Positions 22,897 to 33,453 of a DNA stretch of 64,000 bases are shown one piece after another. The stretch's first letter is position 1; each line of letters starts with the position of its first letter. A model generated the notes under the pieces. That model worked only from the letters and a program-made list of their open reading frames with translations. It did no database searches and was not told the origin of the DNA. The stretch lies in the NCBI GenBank assembly GCA_963826785.1, contig CAWGYD010000006.1, forward strand, positions 992,001 to 1,056,000, given 5' to 3'. The DNA is from an uncultured delta proteobacterium (GTDB lineage Bacteria > Desulfobacterota > Desulfobacteria > Desulfobacterales > Desulfosalsimonadaceae). The translations under genes were made by a program, and so were the position numbers.

Positions 22897-23418
22897 TTAC
22901 AGGGATCCGTCCAGTTCCCGGGCGACTTCCTTTTTGCAGTTCCGGCACCGCTGGGCGCCCCGGAAAAGCGGGTATCCGCAGGAAGCGCAGTGATAGCGCG
23001 TGCATTCGGAGCGGGCCCATTCCACGCTGCCGGCCTCATCCCCCAGCCGGGCCGCCATCTCCCGCCATATGGGAATGGTGCGCTTCATGACGTTCTCTCC
23101 GGTGGCCAGCCCGAAGTTTTCGATCAAATCGCAGGGCCACCGGTCGCACTGATGGCAGGAATAGTACGCTTTTGATTTGACGCAGTCTTTGATTTTGCAG
23201 AGCCGGCAGAAAACATAGAGCTTTTCCGGGGGGTCCGCCTGCATGCATCCCAGGCACTCGGTCTCCCCGGGTGGGGTGCCGTAGAGGTTTCCCATGACGG
23301 TCTTGAATTTTTCGTTTTTGTCCCGGGTGGCGATATAGACCCCGCAGGTGCCGCAGTACAATCCGCAAGGGGCCATGAGCCGCCGATCCCTGATTTCGTC
23401 TTCGCTCCAGTCGGGCAT
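22897..23418 (-). CDS. DUF3795 Cys-rich domain protein
   Basis: APCGLYCGTC, CLGC, CKIKDC, CHQCDRWPC, terminal CASCG..CRNC. Confidence 0.8.
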   Translation of the reverse strand: MPDWSEDEIRDRRLMAPCGLYCGTCGVYIATRDKNEKFKTVMGNLYGTPPGETECLGCMQADPPEKLYVFCRLCKIKDCVKSKAYYSCHQCDRWPCDLIENFGLATGENVMKRTIPIWREMAARLGDEAGSVEWARSECTRYHCASCGYPLFRGAQRCRNCKKEVARELDGSL

Positions 23419-23450
23419 GATGGATGCGCTCCTTTTCTAGAAACGTACTT

Positions 23451-23867
23451 CTATTCTTTTTCCACTTTTCCCCGCAGTGATTTGATGCGGCTCCGGTGAA
23501 CCTTTTCATCCAGCCGTTTCTGCCGGGAGGCCCGGGTGGGCCGGGTGGGGGTCCGTTTTTTGGGAACCCTGACCGCGCTTCTGATGATCTGCCTGAGACG
23601 GGCCAGGGCCGCTTCCCGGTTTTTTTCCTGGGTGCGGTGATTCTGCGCCTTGATGACGATGATGCCGGTCTTGGTGATGCGCTGATCATCGATCTGCATG
23701 AGCCGCTGCTTGTAAAAATCGGGCAGCGATGAATTCAAGATATCAAACCGCAGGTGGACGGCCGAGGATACCTTGTTGACATTCTGCCCGCCGGCACCCT
23801 GTGCCCGGATGGGGGAAATCTGTATTTCACTGTCGGCAATCGATGCCTTGTCGGATATGCGAAACAT
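23451..23867 (-). CDS. arfB: Alternative ribosome-rescue aminoacyl-tRNA hydrolase ArfB
   Basis: GAGGQNVNKVSSAVHLRFD, RTQEKNR, basic tail PKKRTPTRPT. Confidence 0.95.
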   Translation of the reverse strand: MFRISDKASIADSEIQISPIRAQGAGGQNVNKVSSAVHLRFDILNSSLPDFYKQRLMQIDDQRITKTGIIVIKAQNHRTQEKNREAALARLRQIIRSAVRVPKKRTPTRPTRASRQKRLDEKVHRSRIKSLRGKVEKE

Positions 23868-24229
23868 GATTACTGAATGTGGGCAAGGGGTTGCAGGCCG
23901 CCGTCGCCGGCAGCGGTTTCTGTTTCCGGGGTGTTGAACATCCGGAACTGTTCATCTTTAAAATGTCCCGGAAATTGTCGAAATAAGACCGACACCGCTT
24001 TGCTGCATTGTCTGTATGCCGGCTTCCAGGTTCGACATGGAACCAATGATAAGCCCGATCTCTTTTTCGGTCAACACCTGTCTGCATTTGGCGATAAGAA
24101 CGCCTCTTTTGCAACCCGGATCAGAGGGTGCCGCCCCCGTTTTGGGTTAGTGGCGCGGCATTCGCCTGATATCGAGGTGGTGTCAATCGGGGAAAACCTG
24201 AAGTCGGGCTTCGGAAAACCTGATGGTGC

Positions 24230-25087
24230 TCACAGGGACGCCCGGGCATTCATCCATTCCAATATGGCGTCAAAGGTCTGGTTTCGGTTGATTTCGTTGA
24301 AATTTTCGTGAAAATTGTCCGGATGGTACAGATAGGTGAGATTCCCGTCTCCCATGCCCTTGAGCAGCCGTTCGGATACGCTTGAATCCGCCAGTTCGTC
24401 GCGGCCCGCTATGACCGCGAAAGTGGGGAAACGCCATTGATCGAAATTTCGTTGAAGTTCCTTCTGGGCCTTGAGCAGTTCGCTTCCAAATCGCATGGTG
24501 GCCTTGGTGGAACGGATGCCGTCGGCCTCGTCCTTTTTGTGGCGGTTGGTGATGGCCGGATCATGGGTCAGCATGTCCGTCAGATAGGGGCCCGGAATCA
24601 CCATTTTCGGTGCAATTTTCCCCAGCATTTTGACCAGGGGGATCATTACCGGAGATACTTTGATGGCGTTCTCGTAATAGGGGGAAGAAAGGATGAACCC
24701 CTTCACCCGGGGATGGGCATCCCCCATTTGAATCCCCAGGTGGGTGGCGATGAGCCCGCCCATGGAATGGCCCATGATGAACACCGGAATGTCCGGGTAT
24801 GCGGACAGAACCCAGTTCAGAAAATCGGCCGTGTCGTCCACGTATTGCCCGAACCGGTCGATGTAGGTTTTTTCCTGCTTGTGCCCCCGCAGGTCGCAGG
24901 CCGCCGTGGCAATGGATTGGTCTTTGAAGTACAGGGCCGGCGTGACGTAGTCGCCGCCATGGGCAAGCCCGCCGTGAATGGCCATGATGACAGCTTTGGG
25001 CGGCATTTCCGGCTCCCACAGGTGAAGATCGAGCTTCTGACCATCCCGGGCGGTGAAAGAATCGAGTCGTGTTTCCGAATATCTCAT
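24230..25087 (-). CDS. Alpha/beta hydrolase (lysophospholipase/monoacylglycerol lipase family)
   Basis: IHGGLAH, DLRGH, GHSMGG nucleophile elbow, FHENFNE. Confidence 0.88.
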   Translation of the reverse strand: MRYSETRLDSFTARDGQKLDLHLWEPEMPPKAVIMAIHGGLAHGGDYVTPALYFKDQSIATAACDLRGHKQEKTYIDRFGQYVDDTADFLNWVLSAYPDIPVFIMGHSMGGLIATHLGIQMGDAHPRVKGFILSSPYYENAIKVSPVMIPLVKMLGKIAPKMVIPGPYLTDMLTHDPAITNRHKKDEADGIRSTKATMRFGSELLKAQKELQRNFDQWRFPTFAVIAGRDELADSSVSERLLKGMGDGNLTYLYHPDNFHENFNEINRNQTFDAILEWMNARASL

Positions 25088-25229
25088 GAACGGCTCCTGC
25101 ATGGATGAAGTTAATAAAGAATTCGATGGGCCGTGAAAAACCGTTGTAGTATAATTGAAACCGGGCGGGTTGTAAATCAGGGATTGCCTGATTTCGGCCG
25201 GATGAATCCCCGATCCGCAGCAGACGCGA

Positions 25230-27713
25230 TTAACCGGGCAGGGAGATTTTCCAGATACGGCTGCAGTATTCGCGGATCGCGCGGTCCGAGGAAAACTTGC
25301 CCATGCGGGCGACATTGAGCAGGGATTTTCGGGTCCACTGCTTCTGATCGGCCCAGGCGCGGTTCACCGCCTCCTGGCAGTCGATGTAGGACGGGTAATC
25401 GGCCAGCAGCATGTAGCGGTCTTCATACAGCAGCGAATCCACCAGGGGTTTGAACAGACCGCCGTCCCCCCGGGAGAAAGCGCCCGATCCGATCATGTCG
25501 ATGGCCTCGCGAAGTTCGCCGTTGTTCCGATAATGGTCAATGGGCTGGTATCCCGCTGTTTTGAGTTCACTTACCTGGGCGGCATTGAGCCCGAACAGAA
25601 AGAAGTTGTCCTCCCCCACCTCCTGGCGGATTTCCACGTTGGCACCGTCTAAGGTGCCGATGGTGAGCGCCCCGTTCATGGCGAATTTCATGTTGCCGGT
25701 TCCCGATGCTTCCTTTCCCGCGGTGGAGATCTGCTCGGAGAGGTCGGCCTGGGGATAGATCCGGTGGCCGAGCCGTACGTTAAAATTACGGATGAACACG
25801 ATCTTGAGCCGTTCGGCCACATCGGCGTCGCTGTTGACGACTTCGGCCACCGAATTGATGAGCTTGATGATCAGCTTGGCCATGTAATATCCGGGGGCGG
25901 CCTTGCCGCCGAACACGAAGGTGCGCGGGGTGATGTCGATCCCCGGATCCTTCTTGATGCGGTTGTACAGCGTGATGATATGCAGGACATTCAGATGCTG
26001 GCGCTTGTATTCGTGGAACCGTTTGACCTGAACGTCGAACAGGGAATCGGTATTGAGCGCCACGCCGGTTTTCTTGAGCACGTATTCCGCCTGTTCCCGC
26101 TTGTTGTTCTGCTTGACCAGCCACCAGTTGGAGAGAAAATCCTCGTCATCGACAAATTCCTCCAGGCCGGAAAGTTCTTCGAGGTTCCGGATCCAGCCGT
26201 CTCCGATTTTTTCGGAGATCAGCCTGGTGAGCCTGGGGTTGCACAGGACCATCCAGCGCCGGGGGGTGACGCCGTTGGTGATATTGTTGAATTTTTCAGG
26301 GAAAAGCGCGTTAAAATGGCTCAGTGTATGGGTCTTGAGAAGCCGGGTATGCAGTTCGGCCACACCGTTGATGGCATGGCTTCCCACGCAGGCCAGATTG
26401 GCCATGCGCACGTATCTTTCCCCGGCTTCGTCAATGAGCGAAAAATCATCCAGATGCCGGGCATGCTCGGGGTGGCCGGAGCGGATGCGGTCCAGAAAGC
26501 GCTGATTGATCTCGAAGATGATGTCGAGGTGCCGGGGAAGCACGCTGGCGAATAGGGGGAGGGACCATTTTTCCAGGGCTTCGGGCAGAAGGGTGTGGTT
26601 GGTATAGCTGAAGGTCTGCTCCGTGATTTTCCAGGCACGCTCCCAGTCCATGAAGTGATCGTCCATGAGCAGGCGCATCAGTTCCGCAATGGCAATGGCC
26701 GGATGGGTGTCGTTGAGCTGGGCCGCATAGGTCTGATGAAAATGGCACAAGTCCGGGTCCTTGAGCCGGTGCATGTCGATCATGTTCTGGAGCGAGCAGG
26801 AGACCAGGAAATACTGCTGCTCCAGCCGCAGCCGCTTCCCCTGGAGCTGTTCGTCATTGGGATAGAGCACCTTGGTAAGGTTTTCCGCCGTCACCTGGTT
26901 TTCCACGGCACCGTAATAATCGCCCGTGTTGAAATCGGCAAAATCGAATTCCTCGTTGGCTTCCGCTTTCCAGAGCCGGAGCATGCAGGCGGTGTCCGAC
27001 TGGTATCCCAGGATCGGCAGGTCATATGCCATCCCTTTGATGATCCGCTCGGGCATCCAGCGCACCCGGTAGTTCCCTTTTTCGTCCTTATACGGATGGG
27101 TGGAACCGCCCAGAAAAACAGGATAAGTCCGCTCCGGCCGGGGGATTTCCCAGGGGTTGCCCATCTGGAGCCAGTTGTCGGTCAGCTCCACCTGCCAGCC
27201 GTCCTGGAATTTTTGATGGAAGATGCCGTGCTCATAGCGGATGCCGTATCCCACCGCGTTCACATTCAGGGTGGCCAGGGATTCGATGAAGCAGGCGGCC
27301 AGCCGCCCCAGGCCGCCGTTGCCCAGACCCGGCTCCTGCTCCTGTTCGATGATGGTGTTGATGTCCAGGCCGAAATCGGAAAGCGCCTGCTTCATGGTGT
27401 CGTAGAGGCCAAGATTGATCAGGTTGCGCTTGAGCTGGGGGCCGATGAGAAATTCGGCGGAGAAGTAACAGACGGCTTTTCGATCATTCTGGAAGAAATT
27501 TTCCACCGAACTCGACCACCGCTTCATCATGCGGCTGCGGACACTCAGCGCCACTGCCATGTAACAGTCGTGGGGGGTGACCAGGGCGAGCGGCTTTCCG
27601 ATCACATAGAGCATGTTTTCCGCCAGATCCTGCTTGACGTCCTCCAGTTCCATGCCGGTGCGGGCGTTGATGTGGGGCTTCGGGGCTTTTTTCGGGGGCG
27701 TCTTCTTTTGCAT
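25230..27713 (-). CDS. glgP: Glycogen/alpha-glucan phosphorylase
   Basis: GLGNGGLGRLAAC, QLNDTHP, YTNHT, KRFHEYKRQ, EASGTGNMKFAMNGA PLP motif. Confidence 0.96.
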   Translation of the reverse strand: MQKKTPPKKAPKPHINARTGMELEDVKQDLAENMLYVIGKPLALVTPHDCYMAVALSVRSRMMKRWSSSVENFFQNDRKAVCYFSAEFLIGPQLKRNLINLGLYDTMKQALSDFGLDINTIIEQEQEPGLGNGGLGRLAACFIESLATLNVNAVGYGIRYEHGIFHQKFQDGWQVELTDNWLQMGNPWEIPRPERTYPVFLGGSTHPYKDEKGNYRVRWMPERIIKGMAYDLPILGYQSDTACMLRLWKAEANEEFDFADFNTGDYYGAVENQVTAENLTKVLYPNDEQLQGKRLRLEQQYFLVSCSLQNMIDMHRLKDPDLCHFHQTYAAQLNDTHPAIAIAELMRLLMDDHFMDWERAWKITEQTFSYTNHTLLPEALEKWSLPLFASVLPRHLDIIFEINQRFLDRIRSGHPEHARHLDDFSLIDEAGERYVRMANLACVGSHAINGVAELHTRLLKTHTLSHFNALFPEKFNNITNGVTPRRWMVLCNPRLTRLISEKIGDGWIRNLEELSGLEEFVDDEDFLSNWWLVKQNNKREQAEYVLKKTGVALNTDSLFDVQVKRFHEYKRQHLNVLHIITLYNRIKKDPGIDITPRTFVFGGKAAPGYYMAKLIIKLINSVAEVVNSDADVAERLKIVFIRNFNVRLGHRIYPQADLSEQISTAGKEASGTGNMKFAMNGALTIGTLDGANVEIRQEVGEDNFFLFGLNAAQVSELKTAGYQPIDHYRNNGELREAIDMIGSGAFSRGDGGLFKPLVDSLLYEDRYMLLADYPSYIDCQEAVNRAWADQKQWTRKSLLNVARMGKFSSDRAIREYCSRIWKISLPG

Positions 27714-27967
27714 TTGAATATCCCTTCTTTTAAAGATGTGGAATGATGCAAAAATAAAGGGGCCGTCAGGATAAAGCTTTTTTAATTCCGCTTCTAAATG
27801 CGGCGGAAGAGAAGACGCCCTTTTGATCAGGGACTGAGTCAAAAATAATGATAAATAACTTAAAATGCAATCAGTTTCATGGCAGATGAAATTTCGGGGA
27901 TTCCGGGGGATTTTCGGGATGCGATTTTGAGCGGCCCGGGATTTTAGTTGAAAACCCCCGGAAGCCC

Positions 27968-29554
27968 TTATTTTAAACGGACGGCCTTTTTGCCGACCCG
28001 CTGTAAAAGATCTGTGATTTCCCGGATGCCGAATACGGATCCGGCGGCCGCAATCAGTGCGAGAAATACAACTCCGGTGATGATGGCGGTTATGAGGCTT
28101 CCGGAAAAAGAGGAGGGATCGATGCCGGCAAGGGCGGTTCTTCGGAAGTATTCCATGAAAATGCCCAGGCCGGCGCTCAGAAGGATGATTTTCAGATAAA
28201 AGGCGTACACCGTCCTGCTGGCCCGGTTATCGGTTTTGCGGTTCCAGAGGATATAAAGAAGCAGGACCTGCAGGATGGCGGAGACGGAAACGGCCATGGC
28301 CACGCCGGAGGCCCCCATGTAGGTCATGCCCAGAAAAAAGACGGGGATGCTCGCCAGAACCGTGATGGTGCCGTAAATGGCAGGAAAAAGGGTGTTCTGG
28401 ATGGCGTAATACCCTCTCACCACGATGGTCTGGGCGGCAAAGGCCGAGGCCCCTGCCAGGATGAAGACGAAAACACCGGCAGTCACCTCGGTGTCGGCTG
28501 CGTCGAAGCTGCCGTGCTGGAACAGGATGCGGATGATTTCATGGCGCAGCACCATGAACAGCACTGAAAAAGGGATCACCAGCGAGAGGTAGCGAAGGGT
28601 CGTATTGATGATCCGGTTGACCTCATCCATCCGCTGCTGGGCCGCCAGGCGGGCCAGGAAGGGGAAGGAGGCCACGCCCACGGCCTGGCCGAAAAAGGCC
28701 ATGAGGATCAGCATGACCCGGAAGCTGTAGTTCAATGCGGCGATGCCGCCGCCGGGAAGGTAGGAGCCGAAAAACCGCAGGAAAATTTCAGTGGAAAAGG
28801 TCATGGTCAGCCCCACCATCAGCGGGAGAGTGAGCAGGACATATTTTTTCAGGTCCGGGTGAAGGAAATCGAAGCGCAGCGAAAAGATCATGCCGACCCT
28901 TTTTGCCCCATGCCACTGCATCAGAAAATTGCCGGCAATGGCGCCGGCCAGAACGCCCCAGGAAAATCCGGCCATGCCCAGCGTGCCGCCAAGGGCCAGG
29001 CCGCCGGCGATGATCCCAAAATTGTAGATCAGCGGGGCCAGCGCCGGAATAAAGAATTTTTCCTTTGCAAACTGGACGGCCATGAGCATGCCGCCGGCAA
29101 AAAAGAAAAACTGGGCCGGCAGAATGATCCGGGTCATGCGCACCGCCTCGAAACGGGTGGCGGGATCGGTCAGCCCCGGGGCGAAAATGGCCACCAGGTC
29201 GGGCGCAAACCATTCGGCCCCTGCGATGAGCACCACCAGCAACGCACCGAAACTGGTCATGATGACGGAAAATACATTCCAGCCGGTGCTTTCCCGGTCT
29301 TGGGCCAGGTAGGCGGCAAATATCGGGATGAAGGTGACGGAAAGAAACCCGCTGGCCACGATGTGGTTTAAAATTTCGGGGATGACGAAGGCGACCTGGT
29401 AGGCGTCCACCGCGGCGGTCCTGCCGCCGATATGGGCAATCACCATTTCCCGCACCAGGCCCATGGCCCGGCTTAAAAATACCGAGGCCATCATGATCAG
29501 AGACGCAAGGCCGATCTGGCGGTATAGCGTTTTGGATTCAGGTTTAAACTTCAT
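27968..29554 (-). CDS. murJ: Lipid II flippase MurJ (MviN)
   Basis: SRAMGLVRE, DAYQVAFVIP, FIPIF, ILFQHGSF, RGYYA; about 13-14 TM segments. Confidence 0.9.
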   Translation of the reverse strand: MKFKPESKTLYRQIGLASLIMMASVFLSRAMGLVREMVIAHIGGRTAAVDAYQVAFVIPEILNHIVASGFLSVTFIPIFAAYLAQDRESTGWNVFSVIMTSFGALLVVLIAGAEWFAPDLVAIFAPGLTDPATRFEAVRMTRIILPAQFFFFAGGMLMAVQFAKEKFFIPALAPLIYNFGIIAGGLALGGTLGMAGFSWGVLAGAIAGNFLMQWHGAKRVGMIFSLRFDFLHPDLKKYVLLTLPLMVGLTMTFSTEIFLRFFGSYLPGGGIAALNYSFRVMLILMAFFGQAVGVASFPFLARLAAQQRMDEVNRIINTTLRYLSLVIPFSVLFMVLRHEIIRILFQHGSFDAADTEVTAGVFVFILAGASAFAAQTIVVRGYYAIQNTLFPAIYGTITVLASIPVFFLGMTYMGASGVAMAVSVSAILQVLLLYILWNRKTDNRASRTVYAFYLKIILLSAGLGIFMEYFRRTALAGIDPSSFSGSLITAIITGVVFLALIAAAGSVFGIREITDLLQRVGKKAVRLK

Positions 29555-29710
29555 CAGGCACCTTAAATCACCATCCATGCCGCCGGTCAATCCAAAAGAT
29601 CAGTTACTGATTTTCATGCAATGGCGGTTTTTGTCGATCTTTTATCCGATTTTATGGTAAACGAGGATGAAATTTTCACTGCGAACCGTCTGACCGGAAT
29701 TGTTTTTCAT

Positions 29711-30700
29711 ATGGGAAAGCCCTTTCGAACCTGCTGCCTGCTGCTGTTCCTGCTGGCGCCGTTTTTCCCCGGCGCTGCAGTCACTGCTGCCCCGTTGAAT
29801 TCGGATGCGCCTCCCAAAAAAGGGATCATCGCCAGATCCATACCCTTCGTGGACAGGACCCAGCGGCAAATATCGAAGGGGGTCATTGCCAGCGCCCGGA
29901 AGATCGATTCTTTTTTCCGGGACCCCACTTACCTGGCGGAGGAAAACACCACCAGCCTCCGGCTGCTCATGGGGGTTTTCCAGGAGGAGGGCCAGTCGCC
30001 CGAATTTCAGTTCAACCCGCTGCTGCGGCTGGTGCTCCCGTACACCGAAAAGCGGCTGCTCCTGGAGGTGATCAGCACCGCGGATGAAAACCTGGAATTT
30101 TTAGATCAGCGGCTCCCCTTCAATGTCCGGCAGTACAGCCAGAGCAACAAAGAACCCACCACCGCCACCCTTCAGTATTTTTTAAAAGCCAAGGAGAAGC
30201 TGAATCTAAGCATGACCGCAGGCGCCCGATGGGAAGACGGAGCCCCCGTGTTTCATGCGGGCCCCCGCTACCGGACGGCGTATGCCCGGGATTTCTGGGG
30301 AATTCAATTGGTCGAGTGGGTTCGGTGGGATACGGACGCGGGACTGGAGGCCAGGAGCGAGTTCGATGTCGACGTGAACATGCGAAAGGACATGCTTTTC
30401 CGGACCCGGCTGGCCGGCACCTGGCACGATGATGAGGATGATTTTCCCCACAGCGTCAGCTTCCAGTTGTTCCACCAGATAAGGGCCGACCGTGCAATGG
30501 CTTATGAAATCAACAATTTCATGACCACGGTTCCCAACCACCGCCTGGAGGAAATCCGGTTCAGGATCAAGTACCGGCAGCAGATCTGGCGGGAATGGTT
30601 TTTCTATGAAGTGGCGCCCCAGCTGTCCTTCCCCCGGGACCAGGACTTTGATTTGACCCCGGGCATTTTGTTTCAGATCGAGCTCTATTTCGGCCCCTGA
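29711..30700 (+). CDS. Exported hypothetical protein, probable outer-membrane beta-barrel
   Basis: Signal peptide, IDSFF, YRQQIWREWFFYEVAPQ, beta-rich with C-terminal ELYFG. Confidence 0.6.
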   Translation: MGKPFRTCCLLLFLLAPFFPGAAVTAAPLNSDAPPKKGIIARSIPFVDRTQRQISKGVIASARKIDSFFRDPTYLAEENTTSLRLLMGVFQEEGQSPEFQFNPLLRLVLPYTEKRLLLEVISTADENLEFLDQRLPFNVRQYSQSNKEPTTATLQYFLKAKEKLNLSMTAGARWEDGAPVFHAGPRYRTAYARDFWGIQLVEWVRWDTDAGLEARSEFDVDVNMRKDMLFRTRLAGTWHDDEDDFPHSVSFQLFHQIRADRAMAYEINNFMTTVPNHRLEEIRFRIKYRQQIWREWFFYEVAPQLSFPRDQDFDLTPGILFQIELYFGP

Positions 30701-30949
30701 GCCTGTCTTCTTCGTTTGATGCGCTTGAAAATGCGGTTATTTTTATGAAGTCCGAAGAATGGTTAGCTTTTGCATTTTTGGCCTGTGTGCGCCTTGTGAG
30801 CTGCGGGTTTGACAAAGGGAAACGAAAAATCATAAAGTGGTTTGCGATGTGGACGGAAATAAAAAGGGGGGGTATGCGTTTTCTTTTTTCACGAATATGG
30901 TTTCAAACATGAGTGACTCCGAACTCCTGCCGGGTTTTCCCGGCCCGGG

Positions 30950-32302
30950 ATGGGCCCTATGGCGCGAAAAAAGCTGATCCGCTCTGCCACCTCCCGGATG
31001 GTAAAACTGGGCGGTCTGGCCGGGCGCGTGGGGATTTCCATGGCCGGAAACACCATGGCCAATTTTTTCCGGGACAGGGACACCCGGGAAATTTATCGTT
31101 CCGGGGCCATGTTGAAGAATGCGATACGGGTTAAGGAACTGCTGGGGGAGCTCAAGGGCGTGCCCATGAAGATCGGGCAGATGGTCAGTCTGCACGAGCG
31201 CCTCCTGCCCGAAGAAGTGGCCCAGGTGCTCAGAAGCCTTCAGCAGAAAGCACCCGAAGTTCCCTTCCCGGAAATCCGGGCGATGATCGAGCAGGAACTG
31301 GGCAGCCGGTATGATGCCATTGACCGGATCGATGAAGCCGCCCTGGCAGCAGCCTCCATCGGGCAGGTGCACCGGGCGGTGCTAAAGGACGGCCGTGAAA
31401 TCGCTTTGAAGGTTCAATACCCTGGAATCGACGACGTGATCCGGGCGGACCTGAAGAACCTCAAGGGAATTCTAAAGATGGTATTTTCCATGTTCACCCG
31501 GATGGACATGGAACAGGTCTGGCAGGAATTGAGCGCCCGGCTGCTGGAAGAGCTCGATTACGAGAAGGAGGCCGCCAACATGAAGGCAGCGGCGGCGCTG
31601 TTCGAAGATGACGACCGGATCCGGGTGCCGGGGGTGATCGATGAACTGACCACCCGGCACATCCTGGCCATGGAACTGGTCACGGGGATTTCCCCCGATT
31701 CGGTTACCCGGGGCGGATATCCCCAGGAGTTGAAGAACGCCTGGGGTATTTCGCTTGTTCGGCTGATTCTCAAAGGATTGTTCAATTTCCGGTTTCTGCA
31801 CGCCGATCCCAACCTGGCCAATTTTGCATTCATGGGCAGCGGCGGGATTATCGTCTATGATTTCGGTTGTATGAAAAGGGTTCCGGAAGATCTGCGCCAG
31901 GGGTATTTCCGGCTGCTCAAGGGGGTGCTCAATCATGATTATCCGAAGCTCCCCGGACTGCTCAAATCAATGGGCATGCACAAGGCGGACGGAGAGCCGA
32001 TATCCTGGCAAATGGCGGCCGATTTTGCCAATGTGTTCCAGAAGTTCATTCACCCCAGGCAGCATTACTGCTTCGGAGAAGATGAGGGCATCTATGACGA
32101 AATCCGGAAACTGGGATATAAGCACATGGGCGAGTCCATGGCCATGGTGTTTCCCAAAGACATCATTTTCATCGACCGCGCGTTCAGCGGCCATTTCGGA
32201 AATCTAAACCGTTTAAACGCCTGCGCCAACTGGCGCAAAATCCTGCTGGATCATCTTTCCAGCGCCTTTCCGGGGGAGGAGATCCTGCGGGAACCCCTGT
32301 GA
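30950..32302 (+). CDS. ABC1/AarF/UbiB family atypical kinase (COQ8/ADCK3-like)
   Basis: KIGQ, AAASIGQVH, KVQYPG, ELDY, HADPNLAN, DFG. Confidence 0.9.
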   Translation: MGPMARKKLIRSATSRMVKLGGLAGRVGISMAGNTMANFFRDRDTREIYRSGAMLKNAIRVKELLGELKGVPMKIGQMVSLHERLLPEEVAQVLRSLQQKAPEVPFPEIRAMIEQELGSRYDAIDRIDEAALAAASIGQVHRAVLKDGREIALKVQYPGIDDVIRADLKNLKGILKMVFSMFTRMDMEQVWQELSARLLEELDYEKEAANMKAAAALFEDDDRIRVPGVIDELTTRHILAMELVTGISPDSVTRGGYPQELKNAWGISLVRLILKGLFNFRFLHADPNLANFAFMGSGGIIVYDFGCMKRVPEDLRQGYFRLLKGVLNHDYPKLPGLLKSMGMHKADGEPISWQMAADFANVFQKFIHPRQHYCFGEDEGIYDEIRKLGYKHMGESMAMVFPKDIIFIDRAFSGHFGNLNRLNACANWRKILLDHLSSAFPGEEILREPL

Positions 32303-32334
32303 TTCATCCGGAAATTTCTTCGTCCTGATACATC

Positions 32335-32368
32335 AATGGGCGCAGCAGGAATCCCCGCTGCGCCCATT
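32335..32368. terminator. Hairpin between convergent genes (probable terminator)
   Basis: aatgggcgcagc-N10-gctgcgcccatt. Confidence 0.55.
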
Positions 32369-32416
32369 TCATTTTTACAGTTCCAAAATCTTCCGGCTTT
32401 CGTCCCGAAAAACAGC

Positions 32417-33034
32417 TCATCGGACAGTAAACGTGGTGGTTCGCGTCGCGTTTGCGGTATCCCCCTTGATGTCATAGGTCACCGTGTATTCCCCCGGGGC
32501 TGCCGTGGAGGGGAGTTTGATGGGAATCGTTGACGTATAGGTTCCGCCTGTATGCTGAACCGACACTTCCGGATTGGCGACGATCTGGTTATTGTGTTCG
32601 ACCTTTCGCAGTTCCGTGATGGGCACGGACTGGTCCGCTATGGGCGTCAACAGGGCATAGGTGACCTTCAGATCAACGGTATTTCCGGGGCTGATCTGCT
32701 GAGGGGTGGCGGAAACATTTTCAATGGACAGCTGGGTTCCGCTGGCCGGCTCATAATCATAATTTGAAATGGTCTGTTCCCGGTTTCTGCGCTGGTCATA
32801 GGCGTAATTGCCGATAGCGCCTCCCACCAGCGCCCCCAGAAGCGCACCCACCACCGGATGATTGCCGATGGCCTCACCGGCGGCCGCGCCGGTGGCCGCA
32901 CCGACGCCGGCACCGACCGCAGCTCCCCTATGCTCTTCGGGAATATATTGACACCCGGTCAACGCGAAAATGAACAATACGGTCAATGCCACTGCGATGA
33001 TGTTTTTTCTTCTGCTTATCCTTCTGCTTATCAT
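32417..33034 (-). CDS. Glycine-zipper lipoprotein with C-terminal Ig-like domain
   Basis: Lipobox LTGC, GAAVGAGVGAATG...GALLGALVGGAIG, beta-rich tail. Confidence 0.78.
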   Translation of the reverse strand: MISRRISRRKNIIAVALTVLFIFALTGCQYIPEEHRGAAVGAGVGAATGAAAGEAIGNHPVVGALLGALVGGAIGNYAYDQRRNREQTISNYDYEPASGTQLSIENVSATPQQISPGNTVDLKVTYALLTPIADQSVPITELRKVEHNNQIVANPEVSVQHTGGTYTSTIPIKLPSTAAPGEYTVTYDIKGDTANATRTTTFTVR

Positions 33035-33453
33035 GGGCTCTTCCTTCCGTTTGAAGTTGACGGAAACTTCCGTGCTGAAAATTTTAATACCCGGATCACC
33101 TCGGGAAAACGATGCTGCCGAAGGTATTCTCCTGATGAGTCAAAATAGAATGGGAAGCGCGACAAGGAAATGAGGTCTATTCTGTATTATCTGTTTCATG
33201 TGCCCGTATTTTATTGATGCAGAGGATATACGGATGGACTCGCCTGAACGATTTTACAACATCAGGGGTTAAAATCGCGACTATCGAATCCGAATTTCAT
33301 TGATTTTTAATTTCAAACTAGCATAACATCGCTGATTTCATATTTCGGAGAATTTGGCTGAAATTTGCCGATTCAGGTATTTTTTATCCGAAAACTTATG
33401 TGCGGGTGAATTGCGGATCGAAATATCACATCTTCAATGATGAGGTGCTTCCC

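Noticed and set aside
23870..24229. Possible small ORF or RNA between arfB and the hydrolase
   Set aside because: Only short ORFs without a convincing start or motif, and no clear RNA structure
33355..33369. TGGCTGAAATTTGC as a sigma54 promoter for the CBS-DASS operon
   Set aside because: GG-to-GC spacing is 9, not the required 10
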